Source: Promethearchaeota archaeon (GTDB lineage: Archaea > Asgardarchaeota > Lokiarchaeia > Sigyniarchaeales > SOKP01). From it: 35,394 bases of DNA. The position numbers were made by a program, and so were the translations under genes. Position 1 is the stretch's first letter. Each line of letters starts with the position of its first letter. A model generated the notes under the pieces. The model saw only the letters and a program-made list of their open reading frames with translations, did no database searches and was not told the origin of the DNA. Shown piece by piece: positions 1 through 9,908 of this stretch. Location of the stretch: the NCBI GenBank assembly GCA_008080735.1, contig SHMW01000025.1, positions 12,398 to 47,791 of the forward strand, given 5' to 3'.

Positions 1-101
1 ATATTAAAGACCCGGATAAATAATGACCTAGATTTTTATTTTAAAAAATTAGAGAATTGAAAGAATAAAATATAATTGGTATGTGAAGTTTTAAACCTTA
101 T

Positions 102-1196
102 ATGACTATGAGTTCTGAAAAAAGCTTTAATGTGGGAATTTTAGGGGAAAATCAAGATCTGAATATATTGATTGGAAAAGCATTCGGTGCTCCAGGTACT
201 CGATCCGATTTACACTTTTTTAATCGGTTGGACGAAACCTTAGGATATATCTTTTGCGCTGTTACACCGATAGATTATCCAGAAAAGATAAAATCGCTAT
301 TACAGACACTTATAATGACGGATATCTATGTATTAGTAATTGATTTAATAACTGGACTCAATTCTATTGTGGGTGAAATTTTAGTTGCTATGGACCAATT
401 TAATCGTGTATATCATAAGAAATCTGTTATTATTTTGGATAACATAAAAAATAATGAATGGAAAATCCCCGATATATCAAAAAAAATTAGAAACATCATA
501 GATAATACAAGTTTGAAACAAACTGAAATTATTACCATACAAAAGAGAGAAGATCTTGAGATTTTGAAAAAAAAAATAATTGAGATAGGGTTGGAGTTTT
601 TTATTGATCATAAAACTCAGTTCAATCATTCCTATACTAAAATTTTAATTGATCATATCTTTCCTGTTAAAGGTATTGGAACAGTTGCTTTGGCATTAAT
701 CAAGGGGGGAACACTTAAAAAGGGGCAAATGCTTGAAATCGTAGGATATAATGGCTCAGCTAAGAAAGTTCTCATTAAAAATATACAAAAACAAGATAGA
801 AATTTCAATATCGCATATATTAATGATAGAGTCGGGTTAGCACTTAAAGGTATTAAACCGAGTGAGATAAGTCGAGAAAATTTATTAGCAAGTCCCAATA
901 TCTTTATAAGAGAGAAGAATATTGAAGCTGAGGTGTATATCAATGAATATTATAAACCCAAAAATGGACAAATCACCCCAGGAGAAGAAAAACAATATCA
1001 CGCCTTAGTGGATTTAAAATTATCACCGCTAAAATTTATAGAAGGAAATAGTATAAAACCCGGAAATATTGGAACCGTAAAACTGCATTTTGATAAACCA
1101 TTGTTTCATGATGGAAGCGGACTTAAGGGAATTCTCGTGGAATTAAATAAATTCCAAAGTAAAAACCGAATTGTGGGATATTTCAAGCAAAAATAA
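102..1196 (+). CDS. SelB-like / EF-Tu-like translation factor with degenerate G domain (archaeal SelB-like family)
   Basis: EF-Tu domain II signature IDHIFPVKGIGTVAL and NDRVGLALKG. The N-terminal GAPGTRSD and PIDYPEKIKSL motifs fit aSelB-like proteins. There is no canonical GxxxxGK[ST]. Confidence 0.8.
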   Translation: MTMSSEKSFNVGILGENQDLNILIGKAFGAPGTRSDLHFFNRLDETLGYIFCAVTPIDYPEKIKSLLQTLIMTDIYVLVIDLITGLNSIVGEILVAMDQFNRVYHKKSVIILDNIKNNEWKIPDISKKIRNIIDNTSLKQTEIITIQKREDLEILKKKIIEIGLEFFIDHKTQFNHSYTKILIDHIFPVKGIGTVALALIKGGTLKKGQMLEIVGYNGSAKKVLIKNIQKQDRNFNIAYINDRVGLALKGIKPSEISRENLLASPNIFIREKNIEAEVYINEYYKPKNGQITPGEEKQYHALVDLKLSPLKFIEGNSIKPGNIGTVKLHFDKPLFHDGSGLKGILVELNKFQSKNRIVGYFKQK

Positions 1197-1407
1197 AGAA
1201 CTTAATTCAAAATCATAATAGAAAAACAAAAAATCTTTTTTCTAAACACCTTGAATGCCTTTATTGCTTCTTTAAATAGATATTTTATAGGTTTATTAAA
1301 TATCTCTTTTTAAATTGTTTAGTTTAATGCTTACTTTTTTTTAAAACGTTTAATTAAATATTAAAGAACAAAAAATTTTAAATTAAACAATATCTGAATT
1401 GATTAAT

Positions 1408-4323
1408 ATGGCATCGCAAAATAGCTACAGATATATTAAATTTTTCGATGATCTACGCGCTAATGATGTCGAGAGTGTTGGTGGAAAAAATGCATCATTG
1501 GGAGAATTGTTGTCCTTCAATATTCCTGTACCTTTGGGTTTTGCTGTGATGGCAAATGCCTTCGATTATGTATTAGAAAGTAATGATATTTTATATGAAG
1601 GAGAGCTCATTTCCCTTAAAGAGTATATCAAGAGACAAATCACTAAAATCTCTGAAGAATTACGTAAAGAAGATATTAAGTCCATCAAAACAGTTGATAA
1701 AATCTGCGCAAATATTAGGACACATATTGAGCAAGCACAGATGCCCGATTCATTACGAGATGAGATCATAGATGCGTATCGGAATTTATTAGATCGGATT
1801 GGAAACGATACTACATTCGCAGTCCGTAGCTCTGCTACCGCGGAGGACTTACCCGATGCATCTTTTGCTGGACAACAAGATACCCACTTGAATATTAGCG
1901 GAGAAAAGGAAATAGTTGATTATATTTTAAAAGATATGGCGTCCGTTTTTACTACTCGCGCAACAGCATATAGAGAACGGGCGGGATTTGACCATTTTTC
2001 CGTGAAATTGAGCGTGGGTGTACAAGAAATGGCAGGAGGCAGGGGCGGGGTAAAAGCTTCTGGTGTAATGTTTACAGAAGATCCAGATTCCGGAAATCCA
2101 AATGTAATTATTATTCGTGGTACTTGGGGATTGGGAGAGCTTATCGTCCAAGGAGTTGAGAAAGGAGATGAATTTATCGTATTTAAGCATAGCCCAGATC
2201 GCATGCGAATTATTAGTAAAACCTTAGCCAAGAAAATGCAAATGATGCAATTTGATGAAAATAAACAAGGAACCATCACCATTTCAGTTCCAGAGGAGCA
2301 ACAAAAAGAATACTGTTTAACCGAAGATCAAGTCCTCACTTTAGCAGAGTATGCTAAAAAGATTAGAGACCATTATGGAAAACGGATGGATATCGAATGG
2401 GCTTTAGGGAATAATGATAAGATTTATATTGTGCAAGCAAGACCTGAAACTGTACATAGTCAAAAAGGAGATAAAGAAGAGATATTTTATCTTATTGAAG
2501 ATCCCGACGAATTAATAAAAGAGGGAATGCTCATAGAGAACTCAGGAACAGCAATAGGAAGACGTATAGGTTATGGAAAATTAAAAATAATTGAATCGAT
2601 TAATGAAGCGCATCTTTTAGAAGACGGAGATGTCTTAGTAACAGAAGAAACAAATCCAGATTGGACTTCATATATGCAAAATTTAGGTGGTGTTATCACA
2701 GAACGTGGCGGTCCCACATGCCATGCTGCGATTGTATCACGAGAGCTGAATATTGCGGGAATTGTGGGCGCGGATAATATTGTTGAAAGTCTCAAAGAAC
2801 GTCAAAGAGATCAAGAATTAGGAAGCTTGACTATCGATTGCAGTGAAGGAGAACCTAGAATATGGGCTAAAGAGGTAGAATATGATTTCGATACTATCGA
2901 ATTCGCACAATTACCACATACAAACACCCAAGTGTTAGTCAATTTAGGAATTCCTAAAGGAGCGCTCTCTGCGGGAAAATATCCCGATGGCACGGGACTT
3001 GCGAGGCTTGAATTTATTATCAATGATGAGATTCAGATTCATCCAAATGCCTTATTAAATTATGATACTCTATTGATGCGGTATGACATTTTATTAGACC
3101 AGAGAAAAAAAATTGAGCGAATCAAAAAGAGTGAGCTTCATCCGAAAGACTCATTTAATGAGGAAATTAAGAAGTTAAAAAAGACCTTAGATGAAATTGA
3201 GAAGCTCACCTATGGATATGAAGATAAGGAAGAATTTTATGTGGAAAAACTCGCTGAGGGAATCGCCACGATAGCCGCGGGAGTCTGGAAAGAATTGCCT
3301 GATGGTTCCATCGCACCGTGTATTGTCCGTCTCTCCGATTTTAAGACAAATGAGTATGCGAATTTAATTGGAGGATGGATTTATGAAGGAGAAGAGGCAA
3401 ACCCCATGATGGGTTTTCGAGGGTGCTCTCGGTATGTCCATGAAGAATTTCAAAATGCCTTCATTTTAGAGTTACGGGCAATAAAACGTGCCCGCCAATG
3501 GGGGTTGACCAATATCATTCCTATGTTGCCATTCGTACGTTCACCCGAAGAGGCAAGCCGTATTATAGAAATAATGAAAACCGAAGCATTAGTGAGAGGA
3601 GAAAATAATTTAAAAATCTATTGTATGGCAGAGATTCCTTCGAATATCTTCTGCGCCGATATCTTTTGCCAATATTTTGATGGATTCTCAATTGGAAGTA
3701 ACGACCTCACCCAATTGACCTATGGAGTTGGACGTGATAACGAAAAACTAATCCCATTATCCGAACAGTTCTTATATACCGCTAATAGTGAAGCATTAAA
3801 ACGAGCTATTTCTCAACTCATCCAAACAGCCCATCAACATGGAAAGAAAGTAGGTATTTGTGGTCAAGCGCCAAGCGATTATCCGGATTTTCTGCGCTTT
3901 TTGGTTCAAGAAGAAATTGACTCCATCTCTCTAAATTTTGATACCTTCGCACGAGGTCGTATTAATACATGGAGAACAGAGATTATTGAAGACCAATTGC
4001 ATGATAATGATAAAGAACAAGCATATGAATTTCTGGCTAAATGCGATGATTTAATCGAACGGATTCGCGTCCCTCGTGGAAGAGTACGTAATCTCGTTAG
4101 GAAACAACGGAGACATGTCGAAGATAACCTTGTCAAAGCCTCAGAAGAATACGATAGAATATTTTCCGATATTCAAAGCATAACCTACAATTTTGTAAAG
4201 GAAATTAACAATGGCGCAGTGGATTTCGGTGAATTATTTTCCAAATATAATACTCAGATTAAAGAATTTAAAGAAAAAATACCCCAGTTAAAACGGACTA
4301 TCCGTAAATTTGGGATCTTCTAA
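1408..4323 (+). CDS. ppsA: Phosphoenolpyruvate synthase (pyruvate, water dikinase)
   Basis: VGGKNASLGE, AVRSSATAEDLPDASFAGQQDT, phospho-His motif GGPTCHAAIVSRE, SIGSNDLTQ and ICGQAPSD. ATG at 1408 is preferred; TTG at 1399 is an alternative start. Confidence 0.95.
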   Translation: MASQNSYRYIKFFDDLRANDVESVGGKNASLGELLSFNIPVPLGFAVMANAFDYVLESNDILYEGELISLKEYIKRQITKISEELRKEDIKSIKTVDKICANIRTHIEQAQMPDSLRDEIIDAYRNLLDRIGNDTTFAVRSSATAEDLPDASFAGQQDTHLNISGEKEIVDYILKDMASVFTTRATAYRERAGFDHFSVKLSVGVQEMAGGRGGVKASGVMFTEDPDSGNPNVIIIRGTWGLGELIVQGVEKGDEFIVFKHSPDRMRIISKTLAKKMQMMQFDENKQGTITISVPEEQQKEYCLTEDQVLTLAEYAKKIRDHYGKRMDIEWALGNNDKIYIVQARPETVHSQKGDKEEIFYLIEDPDELIKEGMLIENSGTAIGRRIGYGKLKIIESINEAHLLEDGDVLVTEETNPDWTSYMQNLGGVITERGGPTCHAAIVSRELNIAGIVGADNIVESLKERQRDQELGSLTIDCSEGEPRIWAKEVEYDFDTIEFAQLPHTNTQVLVNLGIPKGALSAGKYPDGTGLARLEFIINDEIQIHPNALLNYDTLLMRYDILLDQRKKIERIKKSELHPKDSFNEEIKKLKKTLDEIEKLTYGYEDKEEFYVEKLAEGIATIAAGVWKELPDGSIAPCIVRLSDFKTNEYANLIGGWIYEGEEANPMMGFRGCSRYVHEEFQNAFILELRAIKRARQWGLTNIIPMLPFVRSPEEASRIIEIMKTEALVRGENNLKIYCMAEIPSNIFCADIFCQYFDGFSIGSNDLTQLTYGVGRDNEKLIPLSEQFLYTANSEALKRAISQLIQTAHQHGKKVGICGQAPSDYPDFLRFLVQEEIDSISLNFDTFARGRINTWRTEIIEDQLHDNDKEQAYEFLAKCDDLIERIRVPRGRVRNLVRKQRRHVEDNLVKASEEYDRIFSDIQSITYNFVKEINNGAVDFGELFSKYNTQIKEFKEKIPQLKRTIRKFGIF

Positions 4324-4496
4324 TTTTATCTTGTATATTTCTTTCTTTCATTATATTTGCTTCTCTTTCCATCTGAGATAGTCAAATTTTTCTTAATTAT
4401 CAAATACAAATGGAAAAAATTATATTTCATTTTTAATTTGTCTAATAAGACAGTTTATATACTCTATTTTAAATCTAATTTTAAAGGGATTTTACA

Positions 4497-4778
4497 ATGT
4501 CTACGGGAAAGGAATTTACGGAAGAAGTAAAAGAAGCTTTTGAAAATGTTGAAAAATTATTGAACGGGATGATGAAGGACCGATCGGTGCCGCGAAATAT
4601 AAAGCGAGTCGCGCAAAGGGCTATCGATGCGCTTCATAATGAAAATGAGACTCCGGGGGTCATTTCCAGTAATGTTATCTATATGGTTGACGATCTCAGT
4701 CAAGATCCTAATATTCCATTCCATGTACGAACATCGGTATATCGTATCTTATCACTTCTCGAAAATATACAAGATTAA
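4497..4778 (+). CDS. UPF0147 family protein
   Basis: DRSVPRNIKRVA and DPNIPFHVRT motifs in a 93-aa helical archaeal protein. Confidence 0.85.
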   Translation: MSTGKEFTEEVKEAFENVEKLLNGMMKDRSVPRNIKRVAQRAIDALHNENETPGVISSNVIYMVDDLSQDPNIPFHVRTSVYRILSLLENIQD

Positions 4779-4842
4779 CTGGAAATAATTACTCAATTAT
4801 TGAGTTTTTTAACTATGGGAAGGTAGTCTAGCTTGGTATGAT

Positions 4843-4873
4843 TCTTAAAGAAATAATATCTTTATGGCATAAA
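4843..4873 (+). other. tRNA intron 1 (31 nt, BHB-type)
   Basis: Central 4-bp helix TATG(4837-40)/CATA(4868-71), 3-nt bulges ATT and AAT, intron hairpin TAAAGA/TCTTTA. Confidence 0.85.
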
Positions 4874-4906
4874 TCTTGGTTCGGAACCAAGAGACCGGGG
4901 GTTCAA

Positions 4907-4936
4907 GCTAATTTTCATTTCGAAAACGGAGAATAA
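4907..4936 (+). other. tRNA intron 2 (30 nt, relaxed BHB, in the T loop)
   Basis: Central helix GTTC(4901-04)/GAAT(4931-34), bulges AAG and AAA, internal hairpin TTTTC/GAAAA. Removal restores the TTCAAAT T loop. Confidence 0.85.
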
Positions 4937-5193
4937 ATCCCCCCTTTCCCATTATTCCTATACATATTACTAGTAAACCTTAATATCCTTTAAATTATAA
5001 TATAGTTCTTAAAAACACTAAAATATAAATAATTTTATTACCATTAAGTTGATGTAAGAACAATTCTATAGAGATTAAACAAACTTTATTTTTGAATAAG
5101 GGTTTATATGAATTGAGCGAGGTCAAACTTGCATTAAAATTATGAAGATAGTAATACAATATTACCATTTATACCGTAGCGAGCAAATAGAAC

Positions 5194-6240
5194 ATGATTG
5201 AAGGGTTGATAAAGGGTCTCGTCTATATAATATTCCATGATGTTCATGGGACGAATCCTAAAATCTGGGTACCAGATGAATTAGATGAGCAACTAAGAAT
5301 GCTCTGCGGTATTAAAGCAGTCTCGTTATTAACGGGAGAGGAAAGTTATATCCCTAAAAAACTTACCACAATTCCGATTCCCTCTAGAAATTTAAAGGCT
5401 ATGCTGAAGTTTTTGAAATGGGAAGATGAAAGCAGACGAGGAGGTATTGGAGAAGCCACACTCGTGTTATTATTCCACGAATCTGATGATGTCATTTTCT
5501 ATAAAGCAAAACAATATCTTGAAGATGTTTTTGAAGATACTGCTCAAAGAATAATTGAATTAGAAGTCAAAAAGGCGCCAGATGAGCAAACCCAAAAAGA
5601 AGTGTTGGATCTTCGAAGAAATATTAAATATGTTCTAAGAGATCTGAAAGACAAAGAACTTATTAAGAAAGAATCGGATGCGTTTCCTCTTGTTGATGAA
5701 ATTCGGCCTGAGGCAATAGATTTTAAATTCAAAATTGTTGTATGTGGGGATGCAAGGGTAGGAAAGACCTCTACAATTCTGAGGTTTACTGATAATGCTT
5801 TTACAAGGACTTATTTGCCCACCTTAGGAGTAAATATCTCGGAGAAAGCAATAAAAATAAATAATCATTTAGTCCAGTTGGTTCTATGGGATATTGCAGG
5901 TCAGAGCAAGTTTGAAAGAATGCGTGTTCATTTTTACCAAGGAATGGAGGCAACCTTACTTATTTTTGATTTAACAAATGCGGAAAGCTTCGAACATATT
6001 GAGGACTGGCACAATGATATTAAAAAAAATATGCTTCAGCAAAAACCTCTCATCGGGGCACTCATCGGAAATAAATCCGATTTAGAAGACCAGAGGGAAG
6101 TGTCTTATAATGAAGCGTCTCAATTTGCAGATGAATTAGATCTTTTTTATCTTGAAACATCTGCACTTACAGGTGAGAATGTTAATCAATTGTTTCTTAA
6201 GATCACTCGCGAAATCATAAAATCAGTAAAAGGCTCGTAA
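5194..6240 (+). CDS. Rab-like small GTPase with N-terminal longin/uDENN-like domain
   Basis: C-terminal about 170 aa carry G1 GDARVGKTS, G2 YLPTLG, G3 WDIAGQ, G4 NKSD and G5 ETSAL. The N-terminal domain starts with beta-strand + FHDVHGT. There is no C-terminal prenylation Cys. Confidence 0.85.
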   Translation: MIEGLIKGLVYIIFHDVHGTNPKIWVPDELDEQLRMLCGIKAVSLLTGEESYIPKKLTTIPIPSRNLKAMLKFLKWEDESRRGGIGEATLVLLFHESDDVIFYKAKQYLEDVFEDTAQRIIELEVKKAPDEQTQKEVLDLRRNIKYVLRDLKDKELIKKESDAFPLVDEIRPEAIDFKFKIVVCGDARVGKTSTILRFTDNAFTRTYLPTLGVNISEKAIKINNHLVQLVLWDIAGQSKFERMRVHFYQGMEATLLIFDLTNAESFEHIEDWHNDIKKNMLQQKPLIGALIGNKSDLEDQREVSYNEASQFADELDLFYLETSALTGENVNQLFLKITREIIKSVKGS

Positions 6241-6321
6241 GAAAGATTTATTCATTCCTTACCCATTCTAATTCAAATAGGATGATTCATTGATTATATC
6301 TAAACTATAATGTGAAAGAAT

Positions 6322-6894
6322 ATGGAATTTAAAGAACTTGTGAAGAAACGACGTACTATTCGAAGATTTAAACAAGACTCAATTTCGATTGATACATTAA
6401 AGTCTCTAATCGAGTATGCCCGATTAGCCCCATCTGCCGCAAATGTACAAAGTTTGCGTTATATTATCGTGAAAGATTCTGATGTATGTCAAAAGATCTT
6501 TCCATTAGTACGATGGGCAGCGAATCTTCCCGAAAGTGAGAGGGCTCCTGAAAGTGAACGCCGTCCTACAGCCTATGTCATAGTCCTGAACGATACTGAG
6601 ATTAAAAAAGGAGCGAAATATGATATTGGTGCTGCGGTTCAAAATATATTACTCGGAGCGACAGATGAAGGTTTAGGTGCATGTTGGATGGGCTCTATTG
6701 AACGGGATAAGCTTAGGATTGAATTTTCCATCCCAGAAAAATATGAAATCACTCATGTAATTAGTTTAGGTTACCCAGATGAAAAATCCAAGATCGAACC
6801 ATTTAAGGGGTCCTATAAATATTGGAAAGATGAGAATGGGCTAATGCATGTTCCCAAAATATCTGTAGAGGAGCTAATTTTCAAAATCGAGTAA
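6322..6894 (+). CDS. Nitroreductase family protein
   Basis: RRTIRRF, APSAANVQ, GLGACWMG and ISLGYPDE motifs. Confidence 0.92.
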   Translation: MEFKELVKKRRTIRRFKQDSISIDTLKSLIEYARLAPSAANVQSLRYIIVKDSDVCQKIFPLVRWAANLPESERAPESERRPTAYVIVLNDTEIKKGAKYDIGAAVQNILLGATDEGLGACWMGSIERDKLRIEFSIPEKYEITHVISLGYPDEKSKIEPFKGSYKYWKDENGLMHVPKISVEELIFKIE

Positions 6895-6953
6895 ACCTAT
6901 ACTATCAATTATAATTTTTACCGATGAGAAGAAAAGAAAATGAGATAATAAAA

Positions 6954-8399
6954 TTATTCAGCTATAAACTTTTTATCTTTTATTCGGTGATAAGGAGGTT
7001 TTAGCCCTTCTGGGAAGGGGGATGTGTAAGATTCGTCCTTGTGGTCTTTCTCGAATTGTTTCCATGCTTTTTCTACTAATTCAGGTTTATTCATAAATTC
7101 AAGGGCAGATAGAGTCAAAATTTTTGCTGCGGTTAACATCCCTTTATGTCCGATGCTCATCCCACTGGTGGCTACATTTTGCCAGGAATGACCAGGTGAA
7201 CCCATAACTTCACATGCTATCATAAACTCTGCCAATGGTGTAACCCAGGAGACATCGGCAACATCCGTTGAACCTGGCAATGATTGGCCCTCTCCTAATG
7301 GCGGTATTATGATTTTATTAAGTGGTTGACTCAGAACAGCTTTCGCTAAGTCCAAAAGAGAGGGAGGAACTAATTTCATATATCCTTCAACCGTGTCGGA
7401 CGGAACCGTTTTGAGAAGTTCTCGTGCGAATTGTTTTTCTTTAGCTTTGAAAGGCGGCGCCCCAATTTCGTTTAGTTTCGAGTTTACGACCTCTTGAACT
7501 ACTTTATTATATTCCGTATTATAAGTTCCACTTAAAAAATCGATTTCCAACTCTGTTTCTGTCATTAGGGTAGCTCCTTTCGCAATCTTTACCACACGTT
7601 CATATAGAGAATCTACTTGATGACGTTTTGGAGAACGGACGAAATACCAGACTTCCGCTTCATCTGGGACGACATTGGGCGCCATTCCGCCATTGGTGAT
7701 TACATAATGAATTCTTGCGTCGCTTATCATATGTTCTCGCATATAATTAACTCCTATATTCATTAGCTCAACCGCATCTAAAGCACTCCTTCCGTTTTGC
7801 GGATCACCAGCGGCATGCGCTGTTTTCCCATGAAACTTGAAAAGTACAGAATTCACTGCCAATGCTGACATCGCATTGAGCATATTTAAGAAACCTGGAT
7901 GCCATGTGAGGGAAATATCCACATCCTCAAAAAAGCCCGCGTTGACCATATATCCCTTAGAATTAAAAGTCTCTTCGGCTGGACAACCATAATAACGGAT
8001 TGTCCCTTTCACCTCTCCATTTTCAATTGCCTCTTTAACCGCCATCACCGCAGCCAAAGACCCGGTTCCTAAAAGATTATGTCCGCACCCGTGTCCAGGA
8101 GCCCCTTCCTCCAATGGTTTTCTTTCGGGCACAGCCTTCTGGCTTAGGCCGGGGAGTGCATCATACTCACCTAAGATTGCGATTGTTGGAGATCTATCTC
8201 CGTAGGAAGCAACAAATGCTGTAGGCATATCTGCAACCCCCTCTCGGACTGTAAAGCCATCTTCTTTTAGAGTCTTAATTAATAATTCCGCTGATTTATA
8301 CTCCTCTAATCCCGTTTCTGCATATCTCCATATAGTATCGGAGACTTCAATAAATTGCTCTCGATGTTCTTCAATCCATTTTGTATATTTTTCAAACAT
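6954..8399 (-). CDS. M20 family amidohydrolase (aminobenzoyl-glutamate utilization protein B-like)
   Basis: GEYDALPGLSQ, GHGCGHNLLG, GCPAEE, GRSALDAVELMN, GSTDVADVSW and HSWQ motifs. Confidence 0.9.
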   Translation of the reverse strand: MFEKYTKWIEEHREQFIEVSDTIWRYAETGLEEYKSAELLIKTLKEDGFTVREGVADMPTAFVASYGDRSPTIAILGEYDALPGLSQKAVPERKPLEEGAPGHGCGHNLLGTGSLAAVMAVKEAIENGEVKGTIRYYGCPAEETFNSKGYMVNAGFFEDVDISLTWHPGFLNMLNAMSALAVNSVLFKFHGKTAHAAGDPQNGRSALDAVELMNIGVNYMREHMISDARIHYVITNGGMAPNVVPDEAEVWYFVRSPKRHQVDSLYERVVKIAKGATLMTETELEIDFLSGTYNTEYNKVVQEVVNSKLNEIGAPPFKAKEKQFARELLKTVPSDTVEGYMKLVPPSLLDLAKAVLSQPLNKIIIPPLGEGQSLPGSTDVADVSWVTPLAEFMIACEVMGSPGHSWQNVATSGMSIGHKGMLTAAKILTLSALEFMNKPELVEKAWKQFEKDHKDESYTSPFPEGLKPPYHRIKDKKFIAE

Positions 8400-8744
8400 A
8401 ATAATCGAGTTTTTATTGTAAATCTATGTTTATAAAAAGTATTTATCACTAATGAAAAGTCAGTATTATATTGATTTTTATTATATAAAATCCCTTCCAT
8501 TTCCTAATTAGAGATGGGTTTACACTTTACTATTCCAATTTCTTATATCTTGGAAATCTTATATTTAAAATTCCGAGAATTTAAAGGTTTTGAATATTTA
8601 TAGAACTTAAGAAGAGATTAAAGTGTAAAGTGTTAGAAGAATATACAATTTTAATAAAATTTATAAAATTTAGTAGAATTTGATGAAATTTACCTTTTTC
8701 TAATAATGAAACTTTTTAGAAGACAATTTAAGAAATGAACTAAT

Positions 8745-9908
8745 ATGACAGAAGTTACTTTTAATAATTTGAATATAAGCGAAGAACATATAGAAGCGCT
8801 CAAAGAATTAGATATAGAAAAGCCTACGCCTGTACAGCAAAAGGCAATTCCATTAATCTTACAAGGCTACAACGTTATGGCACAGAGTAAGACTGGAACA
8901 GGTAAGACCTATGCCTATTTGATTCCAATTATCGAGAGATTGACAAACTCCAATAATGAATGCTTGATAATCGTACCCGTCCGAGAACTAGCAAAACAAG
9001 TCAAGAAATTTATAAAAGACTTGAATAAAAAAGTGAAAACTCTGACAATTTATGGAGGAACCTCCATTAATAGACAGATTAATAAATTGAGGCAAGGAGT
9101 CAATATAATCGTGGGAACACCGGGAAGATTAATCGATCTTTATAAACGAAGGCATCTGAAACTCAATAATTTACAATTTGTGGTATTGGATGAAGCCGAT
9201 CGTCTCTTGGATATGGGATTTTTGCCAGATATCAAGTATATTCTGGACCAAATTCACAGCGATTATCAATTTATGCTATTTTCGGCTACTCTTGATTATG
9301 AGTTAAAGGAATTGGTCAAAAAATATACCAAAAGTGATTTTAAATATCTTGACTTAAGCAGAGATGAGATGAGTGTGGAAAATACGCTTCAATTCTATTA
9401 TCTCATCGATCACTATAAGCAGAAATATAACACCTTTCGAAAAATTATCAAGCGCGAGCGTCCTGAAAGTGCGTTAGTATTTGTAAATACCAAAAAGACA
9501 GGTAATTGGTTGTTTAATAGAATTAAAAAAGATAGATTAGGCTATAGAGTAGGGTATATTTCCGGTGATTTAACCCAAAAACAGCGGGAAGAAACTTTAC
9601 GGCGCTTTCGACGAGACAGGATTAATTTATTAGTCGCCACGGACGTGGCTGCTCGTGGATTTGACATCGAAGATATTACACACGTCATCAATTATGATCT
9701 TCCGAAATATCCAGAAAATTATGTCCATCGTATTGGGAGAACTTCCAGGATGAATAAACGTGGTGTAGCAATTACTCTTTGTTTGAAAAGCGAATATGAG
9801 TATCTTTGCAGAATAGAAGGCTTAATTAATAAAGAGATTAGAAGAAAATCGTTCAAGCCATCTCCTCAACATCAGCGTACACGGGGCTTTCCCTTTCGGC
9901 AAATGTAA
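8745..9908 (+). CDS. DEAD-box ATP-dependent RNA helicase (core-only)
   Basis: Q motif PTPVQ, SKTGTGKT, PVRELA, TPGRL, DEAD, SAT, ARGFD and HRIGRTSR. Confidence 0.95.
   Translation: MTEVTFNNLNISEEHIEALKELDIEKPTPVQQKAIPLILQGYNVMAQSKTGTGKTYAYLIPIIERLTNSNNECLIIVPVRELAKQVKKFIKDLNKKVKTLTIYGGTSINRQINKLRQGVNIIVGTPGRLIDLYKRRHLKLNNLQFVVLDEADRLLDMGFLPDIKYILDQIHSDYQFMLFSATLDYELKELVKKYTKSDFKYLDLSRDEMSVENTLQFYYLIDHYKQKYNTFRKIIKRERPESALVFVNTKKTGNWLFNRIKKDRLGYRVGYISGDLTQKQREETLRRFRRDRINLLVATDVAARGFDIEDITHVINYDLPKYPENYVHRIGRTSRMNKRGVAITLCLKSEYEYLCRIEGLINKEIRRKSFKPSPQHQRTRGFPFRQM

Larger units (their letters stand above)
4817..4951 (+). tRNA. tRNA-Pro(CGG) with two non-canonical introns (4843-4873 at position 25/26; 4907-4936 at position 58/59)
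   Basis: Acceptor stem GGGAAGG/CTTTCCC plus discriminator A. D arm GTCTAGCTTGGTATGAT. Anticodon arm CTTGG-TTCGGAA-CCAAG. T arm GGGGG-TTCAA|AT-CCCCC after removing the inserts. CCA is not encoded. Confidence 0.92.
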
